Positions 9,105 to 17,864 of a stretch of 48,895 nt of DNA are shown here, in pieces. The position numbers and the translations under genes are program-made. The stretch spans positions 1 to 48,895 of the forward strand of contig JBBILZ010000010.1 in NCBI GenBank assembly GCA_037444665.1, read 5' to 3'. Within the stretch, counting starts at the first letter, position 1. Every line of letters begins with the position of its first letter. The notes under the pieces were generated by a model that was not told the DNA's origin, searched no databases, and saw only the letters and a list, made by a program, of their open reading frames with translations. The DNA is from a candidate division WOR-3 bacterium. GTDB taxonomy: Bacteria > Hydrothermota > Tepidihabitantia > SM23-42 > JAOAFX01.

Positions 9105-10957
9105 AGTAACTCTATGATTTTATCCGCAATGGTTTTACTGTCAAGCCCGAGTGACTTTAGCAAAATATTACGAGCGCCATGTTCAACAAATCGGTCAGGC
9201 AGTGCAATGGTGTGCACTTTTAATCCTTCATAATTTGATAGATAATATGTAATCATACTGCCAAGGCCACCTATATAAGTATTTTCCTCAATCACAATGA
9301 TTATCTTCACATTCGTTCTGATTTCATCAAGTAATTTATAGTCAAGGGGTTTAATAAAGCGCGCATTTATTAGAAATGGGTCAATATTATTTTTCCTGAG
9401 CAAATTTAAGGCATCATTACATATACTGACCATTGTGCCGCAGGCAATGATTGCTAAATCCTTGCCCCTATGAAGAATATCCCATTTTCCAATCTCCACG
9501 GGTGATACATCAAGGTTTATTTGGTTATCACAGGTATCACGGGGATAGCGGATGGCAAATGGTCCATGGCGATATGCTATCGCAGTTTTTAAAAGGGCGA
9601 TCAGTTCTTCTCCATTGCTGGGAGCACTCACAACAATATTGGGAATACAATTAAGATAAGAGAGATCAAAAGGTCCATGATGGGTAGGCCCATCTTCACC
9701 AACCAGACCAGCACGGTCTACGGCAAAAATTACTGGTGCTTTTTGTAAACATACATCGTGAATAATCTGGTCATAGGCGCGTTGCAAAAAAGTAGAATAT
9801 ATGGCACAGACCGGGATATAACCTTCCAGTGCCAATGCTGATGCCAGCGTTACCGCATGTTGTTCACAAATACCCACATCAAAAAATCGGTCAGGAAATT
9901 CTAATGAAAATTGCTTCAACCCGGTGCCCAGACACATTCCCGCGGTGATGGCGATAATTTTTTTGTTTTCCCGGGCAAGTTTTACAAGTGCCTCGCCAAA
10001 AATCTTTGTGTATGAATTTGATTTCTGTTTTTCTTCACCAGTTTTTATGTCAAAGGGGCTGATACCATGGAATCGTTCAGGGTGTGTTTCGGCAATATTA
10101 TATCCTTTGCCTTTTTTTGTTACTACATGGATAAGTCTTGGACCCTTCATCTCTTTAATGCGTGAAAAGGTATCTATCAATTCATTTAATTTATGGCCAT
10201 TCAAAGGTCCAATATATCTAAAACCAAGTTCCTCAAATATTACTGATGGCGAGTATAGACCCTTTAAACCTTCCTGTATTCTCTTGGCAATGTTCCGGCC
10301 GCGGTCCCTGATATAAGGTGGAAATTTACCGAAAAAGACCCAGAGATCATCACGAAATCTATTGTATGTGCGGGTGGTGATTATTTTGGTTAGATACTGG
10401 GACAGGGCACCCACGGTTTCACCGATTGACCTTTCATTATCGTTCAGAATCACGATTATATCCTTTTTCAGTTGTCCAATATGATTTAATGCCTCAAAAG
10501 CCATGCCTGCACCAAGTGAACCATCACCGATTATACTTATGATATGATAATTCTCTTTTTTGAAATCGCGGGCAATGGCAAAGCCCGTTGCTGCAGAAAG
10601 TGAGGTAGATGAATGTCCGGTATTAAAATGGTCATACTTTGATTCTTCCCTTTTAGGGAAGCCACTGATACCTTTGTAGGTTCTGAGTGTATGAAAAACA
10701 GCATGTCTGCCAGTTATCAATTTCTGGGCATAGGTCTGATGTCCGACATCCCAGATGATTTTGTCTCTTTCTCCGTCAAAGACTCGGTAAAGCGCAATGG
10801 TCAACTCAACAACGCCAAGTGACGGTGCTAAATGTCCACCAGTATTAGCAGTTGTCTTTAAAATCTCTTCTCTTATTTCTTGAGCAAGAACCTGAAGTTG
10901 CTCAATTGAATACTTTTTTAAGTCATCAGGTTTTTTTATTTTTTCTAATAGTGCCAT
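9101..10957 (-). CDS. dxs: 1-deoxy-D-xylulose-5-phosphate synthase
   Basis: GGHLAPSLGVVELT, WDVGHQ, GDGSLGAG..EALN, DVGICEQHA, YSTFLQRAYDQ and DRAGLVGEDGPTHHG. Confidence 0.98.
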   Translation of the reverse strand: MALLEKIKKPDDLKKYSIEQLQVLAQEIREEILKTTANTGGHLAPSLGVVELTIALYRVFDGERDKIIWDVGHQTYAQKLITGRHAVFHTLRTYKGISGFPKREESKYDHFNTGHSSTSLSAATGFAIARDFKKENYHIISIIGDGSLGAGMAFEALNHIGQLKKDIIVILNDNERSIGETVGALSQYLTKIITTRTYNRFRDDLWVFFGKFPPYIRDRGRNIAKRIQEGLKGLYSPSVIFEELGFRYIGPLNGHKLNELIDTFSRIKEMKGPRLIHVVTKKGKGYNIAETHPERFHGISPFDIKTGEEKQKSNSYTKIFGEALVKLARENKKIIAITAGMCLGTGLKQFSLEFPDRFFDVGICEQHAVTLASALALEGYIPVCAIYSTFLQRAYDQIIHDVCLQKAPVIFAVDRAGLVGEDGPTHHGPFDLSYLNCIPNIVVSAPSNGEELIALLKTAIAYRHGPFAIRYPRDTCDNQINLDVSPVEIGKWDILHRGKDLAIIACGTMVSICNDALNLLRKNNIDPFLINARFIKPLDYKLLDEIRTNVKIIIVIEENTYIGGLGSMITYYLSNYEGLKVHTIALPDRFVEHGARNILLKSLGLDSKTIADKIIELL

Positions 10958-11025
10958 ATTATTTTTTTTATTTTGAAAATTAGATTTTTATATTCTTGAA
11001 TAGTTTCTCCATAAAAGTGGAACAG

Positions 11026-11889
11026 TTAAAAGGTGCGATGCAGAACAAAATCAGTAATCTGGTTAAAGATGGCAAAATTTTCACCCAACTGCGTGAATCT
11101 ATTTTTTGCAAGCACTGCATATTTTTGGGCGCGATACCGCGCACCCTGGAGCCCGTAAACCCGTGGTGCAGTCATCTTTTCCTGTAAAATATCCTTTTTT
11201 GGCGTTTTACCCAGTTTTTCTTTTTTTCCGGTAACATCAAGAATATCATCTGTATATTGAAAAAGTATGCCCAGATATAAACCAGCTTGATGTAATATTT
11301 TGATATTTTTTTCAGGCGCATTTGCCATTATGGCTCCGACTTCTATTGCCAGGGCAATAAATTTTGCGGTTTTATTTAGATGTATCTGACGCAATATTTT
11401 TGGATTTGGTTCTTTGTGATTTTGAATATCAAGGAATTGTCCATAAACGATTCCTTTTGGTCCAACTGTTTCACTGATTGCCTTTATTATTCTAAATTTT
11501 TGTGCCATTGTCTCTTCGGTTTCTGTGAACAATTCAAAAGCATAGGCAAAGAGTCCGTCTCCAGAGAGAACCGCAAATGCTTCGCCAAATTTTTTGTGGG
11601 CTGACTCTTTACCGCGCCGGTAATCATCATTGTCCATTGCTGGAAGGTCATCATGGATAAGGGAATAAGTATGGATTAATTCCAATCCGCAGGCAATCCC
11701 CAATATTTTTTCAAAGTCTCTACCACCATTTGCTTCATAACTGGCGATGGCGAGTATTGGTCTAATCCTTTTGCCGCTATCCACTGAATAATACATAACC
11801 TCAAAAAATGGGTTATTGTTATTAAAATATTTTTTGAGTGCATTATCCACCAGCAGTTTTTTCTCGGTAAGGTAGGCATCAATATCCAT
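11026..11889 (-). CDS. ispA: Polyprenyl (farnesyl/geranylgeranyl) diphosphate synthase
   Basis: GKRIRP, ELIHTYSLIHDDLPAMDNDDYRRG, FQYTDDILD; directly upstream of dxs. Confidence 0.93.
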   Translation of the reverse strand: MDIDAYLTEKKLLVDNALKKYFNNNNPFFEVMYYSVDSGKRIRPILAIASYEANGGRDFEKILGIACGLELIHTYSLIHDDLPAMDNDDYRRGKESAHKKFGEAFAVLSGDGLFAYAFELFTETEETMAQKFRIIKAISETVGPKGIVYGQFLDIQNHKEPNPKILRQIHLNKTAKFIALAIEVGAIMANAPEKNIKILHQAGLYLGILFQYTDDILDVTGKKEKLGKTPKKDILQEKMTAPRVYGLQGARYRAQKYAVLAKNRFTQLGENFAIFNQITDFVLHRTF

Positions 11890-11902
11890 AAAATATGATA
11901 TA

Positions 11903-11930
11903 ATTTTAAATAAAAATTGCCATTTGTCAA
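11903..11930 (-). promoter_or_regulatory. sigma70-like promoter of the ispA-dxs-sprA run
   Basis: TTGACA-N16-TAAAAT; ATG 13 nt downstream with no Shine-Dalgarno. Confidence 0.6.
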
Positions 11931-11963
11931 GCAGTAAGGTGCTGATTTTGTTTTACTGAACTA

Positions 11964-11991
11964 TTGACATATCAAAAAAAATTAATAAAAT
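11964..11991 (+). promoter_or_regulatory. Divergent sigma70-like promoter
   Basis: TTGACA-N16-TAAAAT; GGGGG RBS before ATG 12015. Confidence 0.6.
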
Positions 11992-12014
11992 TAAGATAAA
12001 TAAAGGGGGTTGAG

Positions 12015-13352
12015 ATGAGATTTTGTATATGGATGTTGTTGGTAATGAATATGTTAACAGGGCTCTCAATGTGGGAGACCCGTCATTATGAATTGACCGA
12101 TAATGGGTTTATGGATGTTTCAGCACCAGATTCAATGCTGGGCATATTATGCGGTGTAAGAGATAATGTAGGCGGAATTATCTACAAGACCACAGATGGT
12201 GGCACAATCTGGCAGGAGATTCATCCCTGGACAATTAACCAGTGTATGTTTGTCTTTGGTATGAATTTCATCAATCCTAATACCGGTTATTTAACAGCAA
12301 TGGGACTAATTGCGAGTTTATTTCCAGCAGCGGCTCTGTATAAGACGACTGACGGTGGTAATTCGTGGATAAATATTTATGGGCTGACCTTTGAATTTAT
12401 TGGCAAAATGTGGGATGATGTATTTTTTTTAGATGCCAATAATGGCTGGCTTGCTGGTCCCAATAGTGATATTCGTAAGACCACAAATGGAGGAACAACC
12501 TGGACAACCCAGACCGCGCCGGTTTCTGGTTCACTCAAAAGTATATATTTTATCAATGCGAATGAAGGCTGGATTGTGGGTGGTGATTATGATTCAATCA
12601 CTGGCCAGGGTGTTAATGGTTTGATTTTACATACTACAAATGGTGGTGCTGACTGGAATACTCAGGTGTCAAACGCAGCGTATCAGTTTTTTGGAGTTCA
12701 TTTTATTGATAATTTGAATGGCTGGGTCTGTGGATATAAAGATACTGTATCACCAGGGGTATTTTATCACACAACGAATGGCGGCAATAACTGGATTGAA
12801 ATCATGGCACCTGACATACCGCTTGGAAAGTATGGGTTATATGCCTTAAAGTTTACTGATACACAGAATGGATTTGCGGTTGGTGGAGGCAATAGGGCAG
12901 GATGGCAGGGTAGTTATTTTGGTGCGTTTTTAAAGACAACAAATGGTGGAAATGTTTGGACAGTTGACACAGTTATATTTGAAAATAGTCCCTGGGGTGT
13001 TTCACCACTGGCTATGGATATGTTTAATTCACGCTGGGGATATGCAGGTGGTGCAAGATTATCTGTATTCAGATACACGCCTTTGAATGTGGGTATTGAG
13101 AATGAGCAGATTACTTGTCAATGTCTGGATAAAATTTCTACAATCTATAGCTCAAGACAGAAAATTGTTTTTAGTCTGGCAGGGCAGTACAAAAAGATTG
13201 AAGTCTATGATGTGGTGGGTAGAAAAATCTTTGAAAGACAGATTTTAGGTGCATCTATTATTTACTTACCAGCATTTGCCCCGGGTTGTTATTTTTTGAA
13301 AATTTATAGAAAAGAACAAAATTTCATTACCAAAAAATTTGTAGTAATCTGA
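12015..13352 (+). CDS. YCF48/BNR-repeat beta-propeller protein with T9SS type A-like C-terminal sorting domain
   Basis: Repeated (K/H)TT(D/N)GG.(S/T/N)W Asp-boxes and F.D..NGW..G units; C-terminus EVYDVVGRKI...GCYFLKI...TKKFVVI. Confidence 0.8.
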   Translation: MRFCIWMLLVMNMLTGLSMWETRHYELTDNGFMDVSAPDSMLGILCGVRDNVGGIIYKTTDGGTIWQEIHPWTINQCMFVFGMNFINPNTGYLTAMGLIASLFPAAALYKTTDGGNSWINIYGLTFEFIGKMWDDVFFLDANNGWLAGPNSDIRKTTNGGTTWTTQTAPVSGSLKSIYFINANEGWIVGGDYDSITGQGVNGLILHTTNGGADWNTQVSNAAYQFFGVHFIDNLNGWVCGYKDTVSPGVFYHTTNGGNNWIEIMAPDIPLGKYGLYALKFTDTQNGFAVGGGNRAGWQGSYFGAFLKTTNGGNVWTVDTVIFENSPWGVSPLAMDMFNSRWGYAGGARLSVFRYTPLNVGIENEQITCQCLDKISTIYSSRQKIVFSLAGQYKKIEVYDVVGRKIFERQILGASIIYLPAFAPGCYFLKIYRKEQNFITKKFVVI

Positions 13353-13374
13353 TTAATATTGGATTCTGCAGAGA

Positions 13375-14004
13375 TTATTTTTTCTTGAAAATACCGAGGA
13401 TACCACCCTTTTTATCATCATCCTCGGGTTTGTTCGGTGTATCAACTTTTTCTTCTTTTTTTGTTTCTTGCATCAACTTAACAAGGCCTGAAGATATTAA
13501 TCCGTATAAAATTCTGCCCGTTTCAAATTCAGATAGCCTAACCCGCTGGGAAATCTCCCTTATTGAAATGTGCCCATCTACAAATGCCAGGACTTTCCAT
13601 TCTTCTGGTCTTAAATTAATCTTTTCAACGCCTGCATCCGGCACTTCAACAATATGTGGTATCAGATCAAATGAAGGAATCAATCTTTGAATTTTATTCA
13701 GTTCGTCAATTCGGCGTGCAGCATCAAGAATTACCTGCTGTATGGGAAGTTCAACTGTTTTTTCAAGAGTTTCTTCGCCGGGCCTGAATACAAATTTACC
13801 CTTGCGCCATTGGAGGATTGTGTCTATTGCCTGTTCTCCAAAAAGATTGTTGGTTTTAGAATGAACAACCATACCATTTTTAAAATAGACAACGCCAACA
13901 TCATTTGCTGTCTGAATTCTCAAACTGCCATCCTTGGCACCCAATTGAATCAACTGGAAAACATCGGTTAATTCAAAATCTTCTAAATTTCCTTCTAATG
14001 CCAT
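13375..14004 (-). CDS. DUF4388 (PatA N-terminal-like) domain protein with C-terminal winged helix
   Basis: [64 protein letters not shown]. Confidence 0.8.
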   Translation of the reverse strand: MALEGNLEDFELTDVFQLIQLGAKDGSLRIQTANDVGVVYFKNGMVVHSKTNNLFGEQAIDTILQWRKGKFVFRPGEETLEKTVELPIQQVILDAARRIDELNKIQRLIPSFDLIPHIVEVPDAGVEKINLRPEEWKVLAFVDGHISIREISQRVRLSEFETGRILYGLISSGLVKLMQETKKEEKVDTPNKPEDDDKKGGILGIFKKK

Positions 14005-14948
14005 TATTCCCTATATACTCCCATTGCCCGATATTTTTCAATTCTTTTTTCTACCAATGTATCTGCGGGCAATGAAATTAATTCTTGCAGATGTTTTTTG
14101 ACTGCTAATTTTATATTTTCCGCAGTAACCTTATAATCCATATGTGCACCACCAAGAGGTTCTGGAATAATGTCGTCAATGATCTTAAACTGTAGTAAGT
14201 CCTGGGCAGTAATCTTCAAGGCTTCTGCTGCATCTTTATTTTTAGAGGCATCACGCCAGAGAATGGATGCGCAGCCTTCGGGTGAAATCACTGAATATAT
14301 TGCATTTTCCAGCATCAAAACTCGGTCACCCTGGGCAATGGCAAGGGCACCACCAGAGCCACCTTCGCCTATGATTACTACAACAATCGGAACTTTTAAA
14401 ACAGCACATTCAAACAAGTTTGTGGCAATTGCTTCAAATTGTCCACGTTCTTCAGCACCAACACCGGGATATGCACCCGGTGTATCAACGAGACTCAATA
14501 TTGGAAGTTTAAATTTTTCTGCCATTTTCATTATGCGCAATGCCTTGCGATAGCCCTCAGGATGGGGCATACCAAAGTTCCTTTTAATTTTTTCTTTTGT
14601 ATCGCGGCCCTTTTGTTGAGCAACAATAGCAATTGAATGTTGGTCAAACTTAGCAATGCCTGCAACAATTGCCGGGTCATCGCTGAATCTTCGGTCACCA
14701 TGCAGTTCAATAAAATCAGTGGTTATTAAATTGATAATATCAGCTGCATAGGGTCGTCTTGGATGTCGGGCAAGTTGAACCCTTTGCCAGCGTGTAAGAT
14801 TGGAATATATCTTCTTTTTTAACCTCTCTGCCTGTAATTTTAACCGTTCAATTTCGTCATCAACACCTCTCAACTTTTTCAATTCTTCTATCTTCTTTTC
14901 AAGTTCTATAACTGGTTTTTCAAAATCAAGATATATACCGCCATTCAT
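14004..14948 (-). CDS. accA: Acetyl-CoA carboxylase carboxyltransferase alpha subunit
   Basis: [52 protein letters not shown] and [14 protein letters not shown]. Confidence 0.97.
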   Translation of the reverse strand: MNGGIYLDFEKPVIELEKKIEELKKLRGVDDEIERLKLQAERLKKKIYSNLTRWQRVQLARHPRRPYAADIINLITTDFIELHGDRRFSDDPAIVAGIAKFDQHSIAIVAQQKGRDTKEKIKRNFGMPHPEGYRKALRIMKMAEKFKLPILSLVDTPGAYPGVGAEERGQFEAIATNLFECAVLKVPIVVVIIGEGGSGGALAIAQGDRVLMLENAIYSVISPEGCASILWRDASKNKDAAEALKITAQDLLQFKIIDDIIPEPLGGAHMDYKVTAENIKLAVKKHLQELISLPADTLVEKRIEKYRAMGVYRE

Positions 14949-15000
14949 ATTTATTTGTCCTTTAGATATATATTATGTATTTTCATATCATAGATTTGAT

Positions 15001-15831
15001 TTAGAAATTAAAGCCAATTCCGATGTTATTGACCATACCCAGGTCATACGGATAAATTGCCGCACCATATTTGATAGAAAGGCTACGATGATAAAGACCG
15101 AGATAAAAACCAGGGTAGAATGAATCGCGGTAATTTATTGATATACCCAATTCAAAATTTTCTGTGAGCCTCATTTCGCCAGCAATCGCCGATTCAAATT
15201 CAGAGGTATTAATCAAATAGTGCAGGTCCATACTCACGGTTAATTTATTGATGCTACGATAATAGCCAAAACTCAATTTTGCCGGTAAGTTCACTGATTC
15301 ATTGGCGAGTTTTATTGTTCCACCAATATTACTCGCTCCAGTACTGATTCCATAAACCTGATTCAGATACGCAATTGATAGGTCAAATCCCATTGTTGCA
15401 CTGGAATAGATATAAACATTTTCATAAATATATTTGACTTTCAAACCTAATCTACCATTGGTCGCAATAGGTCTTGAGGCACATAATCCAATATAAAAAT
15501 CTGTTGCGGTGTAAAAACCAGTTGAGTCTTCAGTAGGATATTCAGGTTTTGCTATTATTGAGCCGTAATCAAAATTCATTATATTTATACCCAGATCAAA
15601 ATTATTCATCTTTTTGCTCACTGCCAGGTTTAAATTCTTCATAGAAGCATAGATATTACTGTAAAAAAGAGAGAGATGGAAATTTTCCCGGGTATGGAAC
15701 AGTGCTGGATTATAAAATATTGCCTCATCTCCTGCTGAACTTGAATAATAGGTTAACACACCTTTTGCTGAAGCAGGCATTAGAAGTGTATTAACCCCTG
15801 CTGAGGATATTAATATAAATAGTGCAATCAT
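15001..15831 (-). CDS. PorV/PorQ-family outer-membrane beta-barrel (divergent)
   Basis: AGVNTLLMPASAKG..AIFYNPA N-terminal motif typical of PorV-like barrels; amphipathic strands; C-terminal IGIGFNF. Confidence 0.65.
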   Translation of the reverse strand: MIALFILISSAGVNTLLMPASAKGVLTYYSSSAGDEAIFYNPALFHTRENFHLSLFYSNIYASMKNLNLAVSKKMNNFDLGINIMNFDYGSIIAKPEYPTEDSTGFYTATDFYIGLCASRPIATNGRLGLKVKYIYENVYIYSSATMGFDLSIAYLNQVYGISTGASNIGGTIKLANESVNLPAKLSFGYYRSINKLTVSMDLHYLINTSEFESAIAGEMRLTENFELGISINYRDSFYPGFYLGLYHRSLSIKYGAAIYPYDLGMVNNIGIGFNF

Positions 15832-16956
15832 TTATTCCTCAATGATTTCAACATTTGCGCGGGGTAATTTTACTCTTTTATTATTGTCCAATTCAACTTC
15901 CAGAACTCTGACCTTTGATTCAGTATCAATGTTTTCCAGCGCAACGGGAAGACTCACTACTCTACCAATCATCCCGAAATATGGTTCTCTTATGATCCTC
16001 ACCGCCATATTGATTTCCAGACCAGAGCCGGTCGTAATATGGGTAACCTTTTTGTCTGGCGCCTTCTCAAGCGGAACAATGACTTCTGGTCGCATTACAC
16101 CTGCGCGTATCTGTGTTGCACCATTTATTGATGTCTTCTTTCCTACCAGTGATTTAAGTAAACCAAATGTTCTATCTGCCATACGAAGTTTGCCAAACCC
16201 TTCGGTAGTAATAATTGTAAGTCCAACATTTTCAGAACCCGTAATTGCCACTCCGATATCATAGCCCATAAATTTTTTTAAATCCTGGTCCTCAATGCCG
16301 CCAGTGATCAGCCCTTTTGCTCCAACATTCCTTGCTTTTATCAAGGCATCATATGTTACCATCGCACCACCAATGATGATTTTATCTTTGAACGATTCGT
16401 TGATCTCCTGTTCCGTAATAACAGCACCTGGATTGTCCGTTGCAAGTGCCAGTTCACCAATTGTCTCACCACCTATACCAAAGATACCCTGAATAAAACT
16501 TCCATGGGTTTTAACCATCACACCCTCTTCAGGAAAAACCTTACTTATTTCACCATCAATGTAGGCAATTACCTGGACAGGAATTGGTGGTTCTCTTAAT
16601 ATTACCTGTCCGGTTATCTTGGATATGCTCTCAATTTTGCCTGTGATGGGGCTTTTAACTGTTGATTTAAAAAGTCCAAATAGTCCTTTGCTCTGGGCAA
16701 TAATATCATTCTTTTGTACATCATCACCAACCTTTTTGAGCATTGCCTCATCAATCTCTTCAGGCAAAATTCCTAAAAGTCCGGCAATATTACAGGTTTG
16801 AACACTGCCGGGCAAAGATGTCTTTGCCACGATCTGCTCTGCCTTTACCTTCTCACCTTCTTTGACTAAAACTTCGCCCGGTAGTGGTAATCTTCTATGC
16901 TTTTCCACTACCGTATATGCCAGGACCTTTAAGCCCGGTGTATAAGCATGTGCCAA
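15832..16956 (-). CDS. Conserved hypothetical protein with barrel-sandwich-hybrid-like repeats and C-terminal KOW-like motif
   Basis: TTG start after GGAGG; GEVLVKEGEKV, KKVGDDVQKNDIIA..SPITGKI; C-terminal VRIIREPYFGMIGRVVSL. Confidence 0.75.
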   Translation of the reverse strand: MAHAYTPGLKVLAYTVVEKHRRLPLPGEVLVKEGEKVKAEQIVAKTSLPGSVQTCNIAGLLGILPEEIDEAMLKKVGDDVQKNDIIAQSKGLFGLFKSTVKSPITGKIESISKITGQVILREPPIPVQVIAYIDGEISKVFPEEGVMVKTHGSFIQGIFGIGGETIGELALATDNPGAVITEQEINESFKDKIIIGGAMVTYDALIKARNVGAKGLITGGIEDQDLKKFMGYDIGVAITGSENVGLTIITTEGFGKLRMADRTFGLLKSLVGKKTSINGATQIRAGVMRPEVIVPLEKAPDKKVTHITTGSGLEINMAVRIIREPYFGMIGRVVSLPVALENIDTESKVRVLEVELDNNKRVKLPRANVEIIEE

Positions 16957-16977
16957 TGATGCCTCCTTTAAACAAAT

Positions 16978-17005
16978 ATTATATCTATTTTAAGGGCAAG
17001 GTCAA
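16978..17005 (-). promoter_or_regulatory. sigma70-like promoter (overlaps nfo stop codon)
   Basis: TTGACC-N16-TATAAT. Confidence 0.65.
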
Positions 17006-17838
17006 GATTCTTTGTGAATCAATTTGCGGGCGACTTGCATATTCATCAAGTCTTCCCTGGTATCAGTTCTTGGTGTTTCCATGATAAAAGGAAGATGGCG
17101 TAAAGCATGGTGGTTTATAATGAATGCCATGCCTTTTCCTATTTCACCCTTTCCAATATGCCAGTGCCGGTCCATTCTTGAGCCAAGTTTGGTTTTTGAA
17201 TCATTGAAATGGATAAGATGGAGATTGTTAATGCCGATGGTTTCATCAAATTTTTCAATGGTCGCATTTACCGCATTTTCGGTTCTTAAATCATAACCTG
17301 CAGCAAAAGCATGGGCAGTATCAAACGCGATTCCGAGCCGTTCTGATGCTACCCCATCTAAAATTTGTTTAAGTTGTTCAAAATTATAGCCGAAACTATT
17401 CCCACTTCCAGCAGTGTTTTCTAACAACAAAATTACCCCATTATCAACCAGAGAGAATGCTTGCAGGATAGCTTCAGTCATTTTTTTGATGCCCCTTTCT
17501 ATAATTGGATTGGAGCCACAATGTGTTATTAAATATTGGGCACCGAGTTTTTCTGTCCTTATTAAATCAGTAATCAAAGAACCAACAGATTTATTAAAAA
17601 GTTCTTCCTGGTCAGAGCCGAGATTGATTAAATAGGGGAGATGAACAAATACTGGCGAAATCTTATTATTTATGGTCTGTTTTTTAAATATAGTGCAGTC
17701 CTCTTCATCAATTTTTTTATAATTCCAGCCTCTGGGATTACGAGAAAAAATCTGGATTGTTTCGCAATTCCTTTTTTGTGCGCGTTCTAAAATATATTTA
17801 AAGCCACCTGCAATAGAGATATGAAAACCGAGTTTCAT
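17002..17838 (-). CDS. nfo: Endonuclease IV (AP endonuclease)
   Basis: GFHISIAGG, QIFSRNPRGW, HLPYLINL, LLENTAG, DTAHAFAAGYD, HFNDSK..DRHWHIG and METP. Confidence 0.96.
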   Translation of the reverse strand: MKLGFHISIAGGFKYILERAQKRNCETIQIFSRNPRGWNYKKIDEEDCTIFKKQTINNKISPVFVHLPYLINLGSDQEELFNKSVGSLITDLIRTEKLGAQYLITHCGSNPIIERGIKKMTEAILQAFSLVDNGVILLLENTAGSGNSFGYNFEQLKQILDGVASERLGIAFDTAHAFAAGYDLRTENAVNATIEKFDETIGINNLHLIHFNDSKTKLGSRMDRHWHIGKGEIGKGMAFIINHHALRHLPFIMETPRTDTREDLMNMQVARKLIHKES

Positions 17839-17864
17839 AATTAAGACTTTAAAATGTTGGCAAT

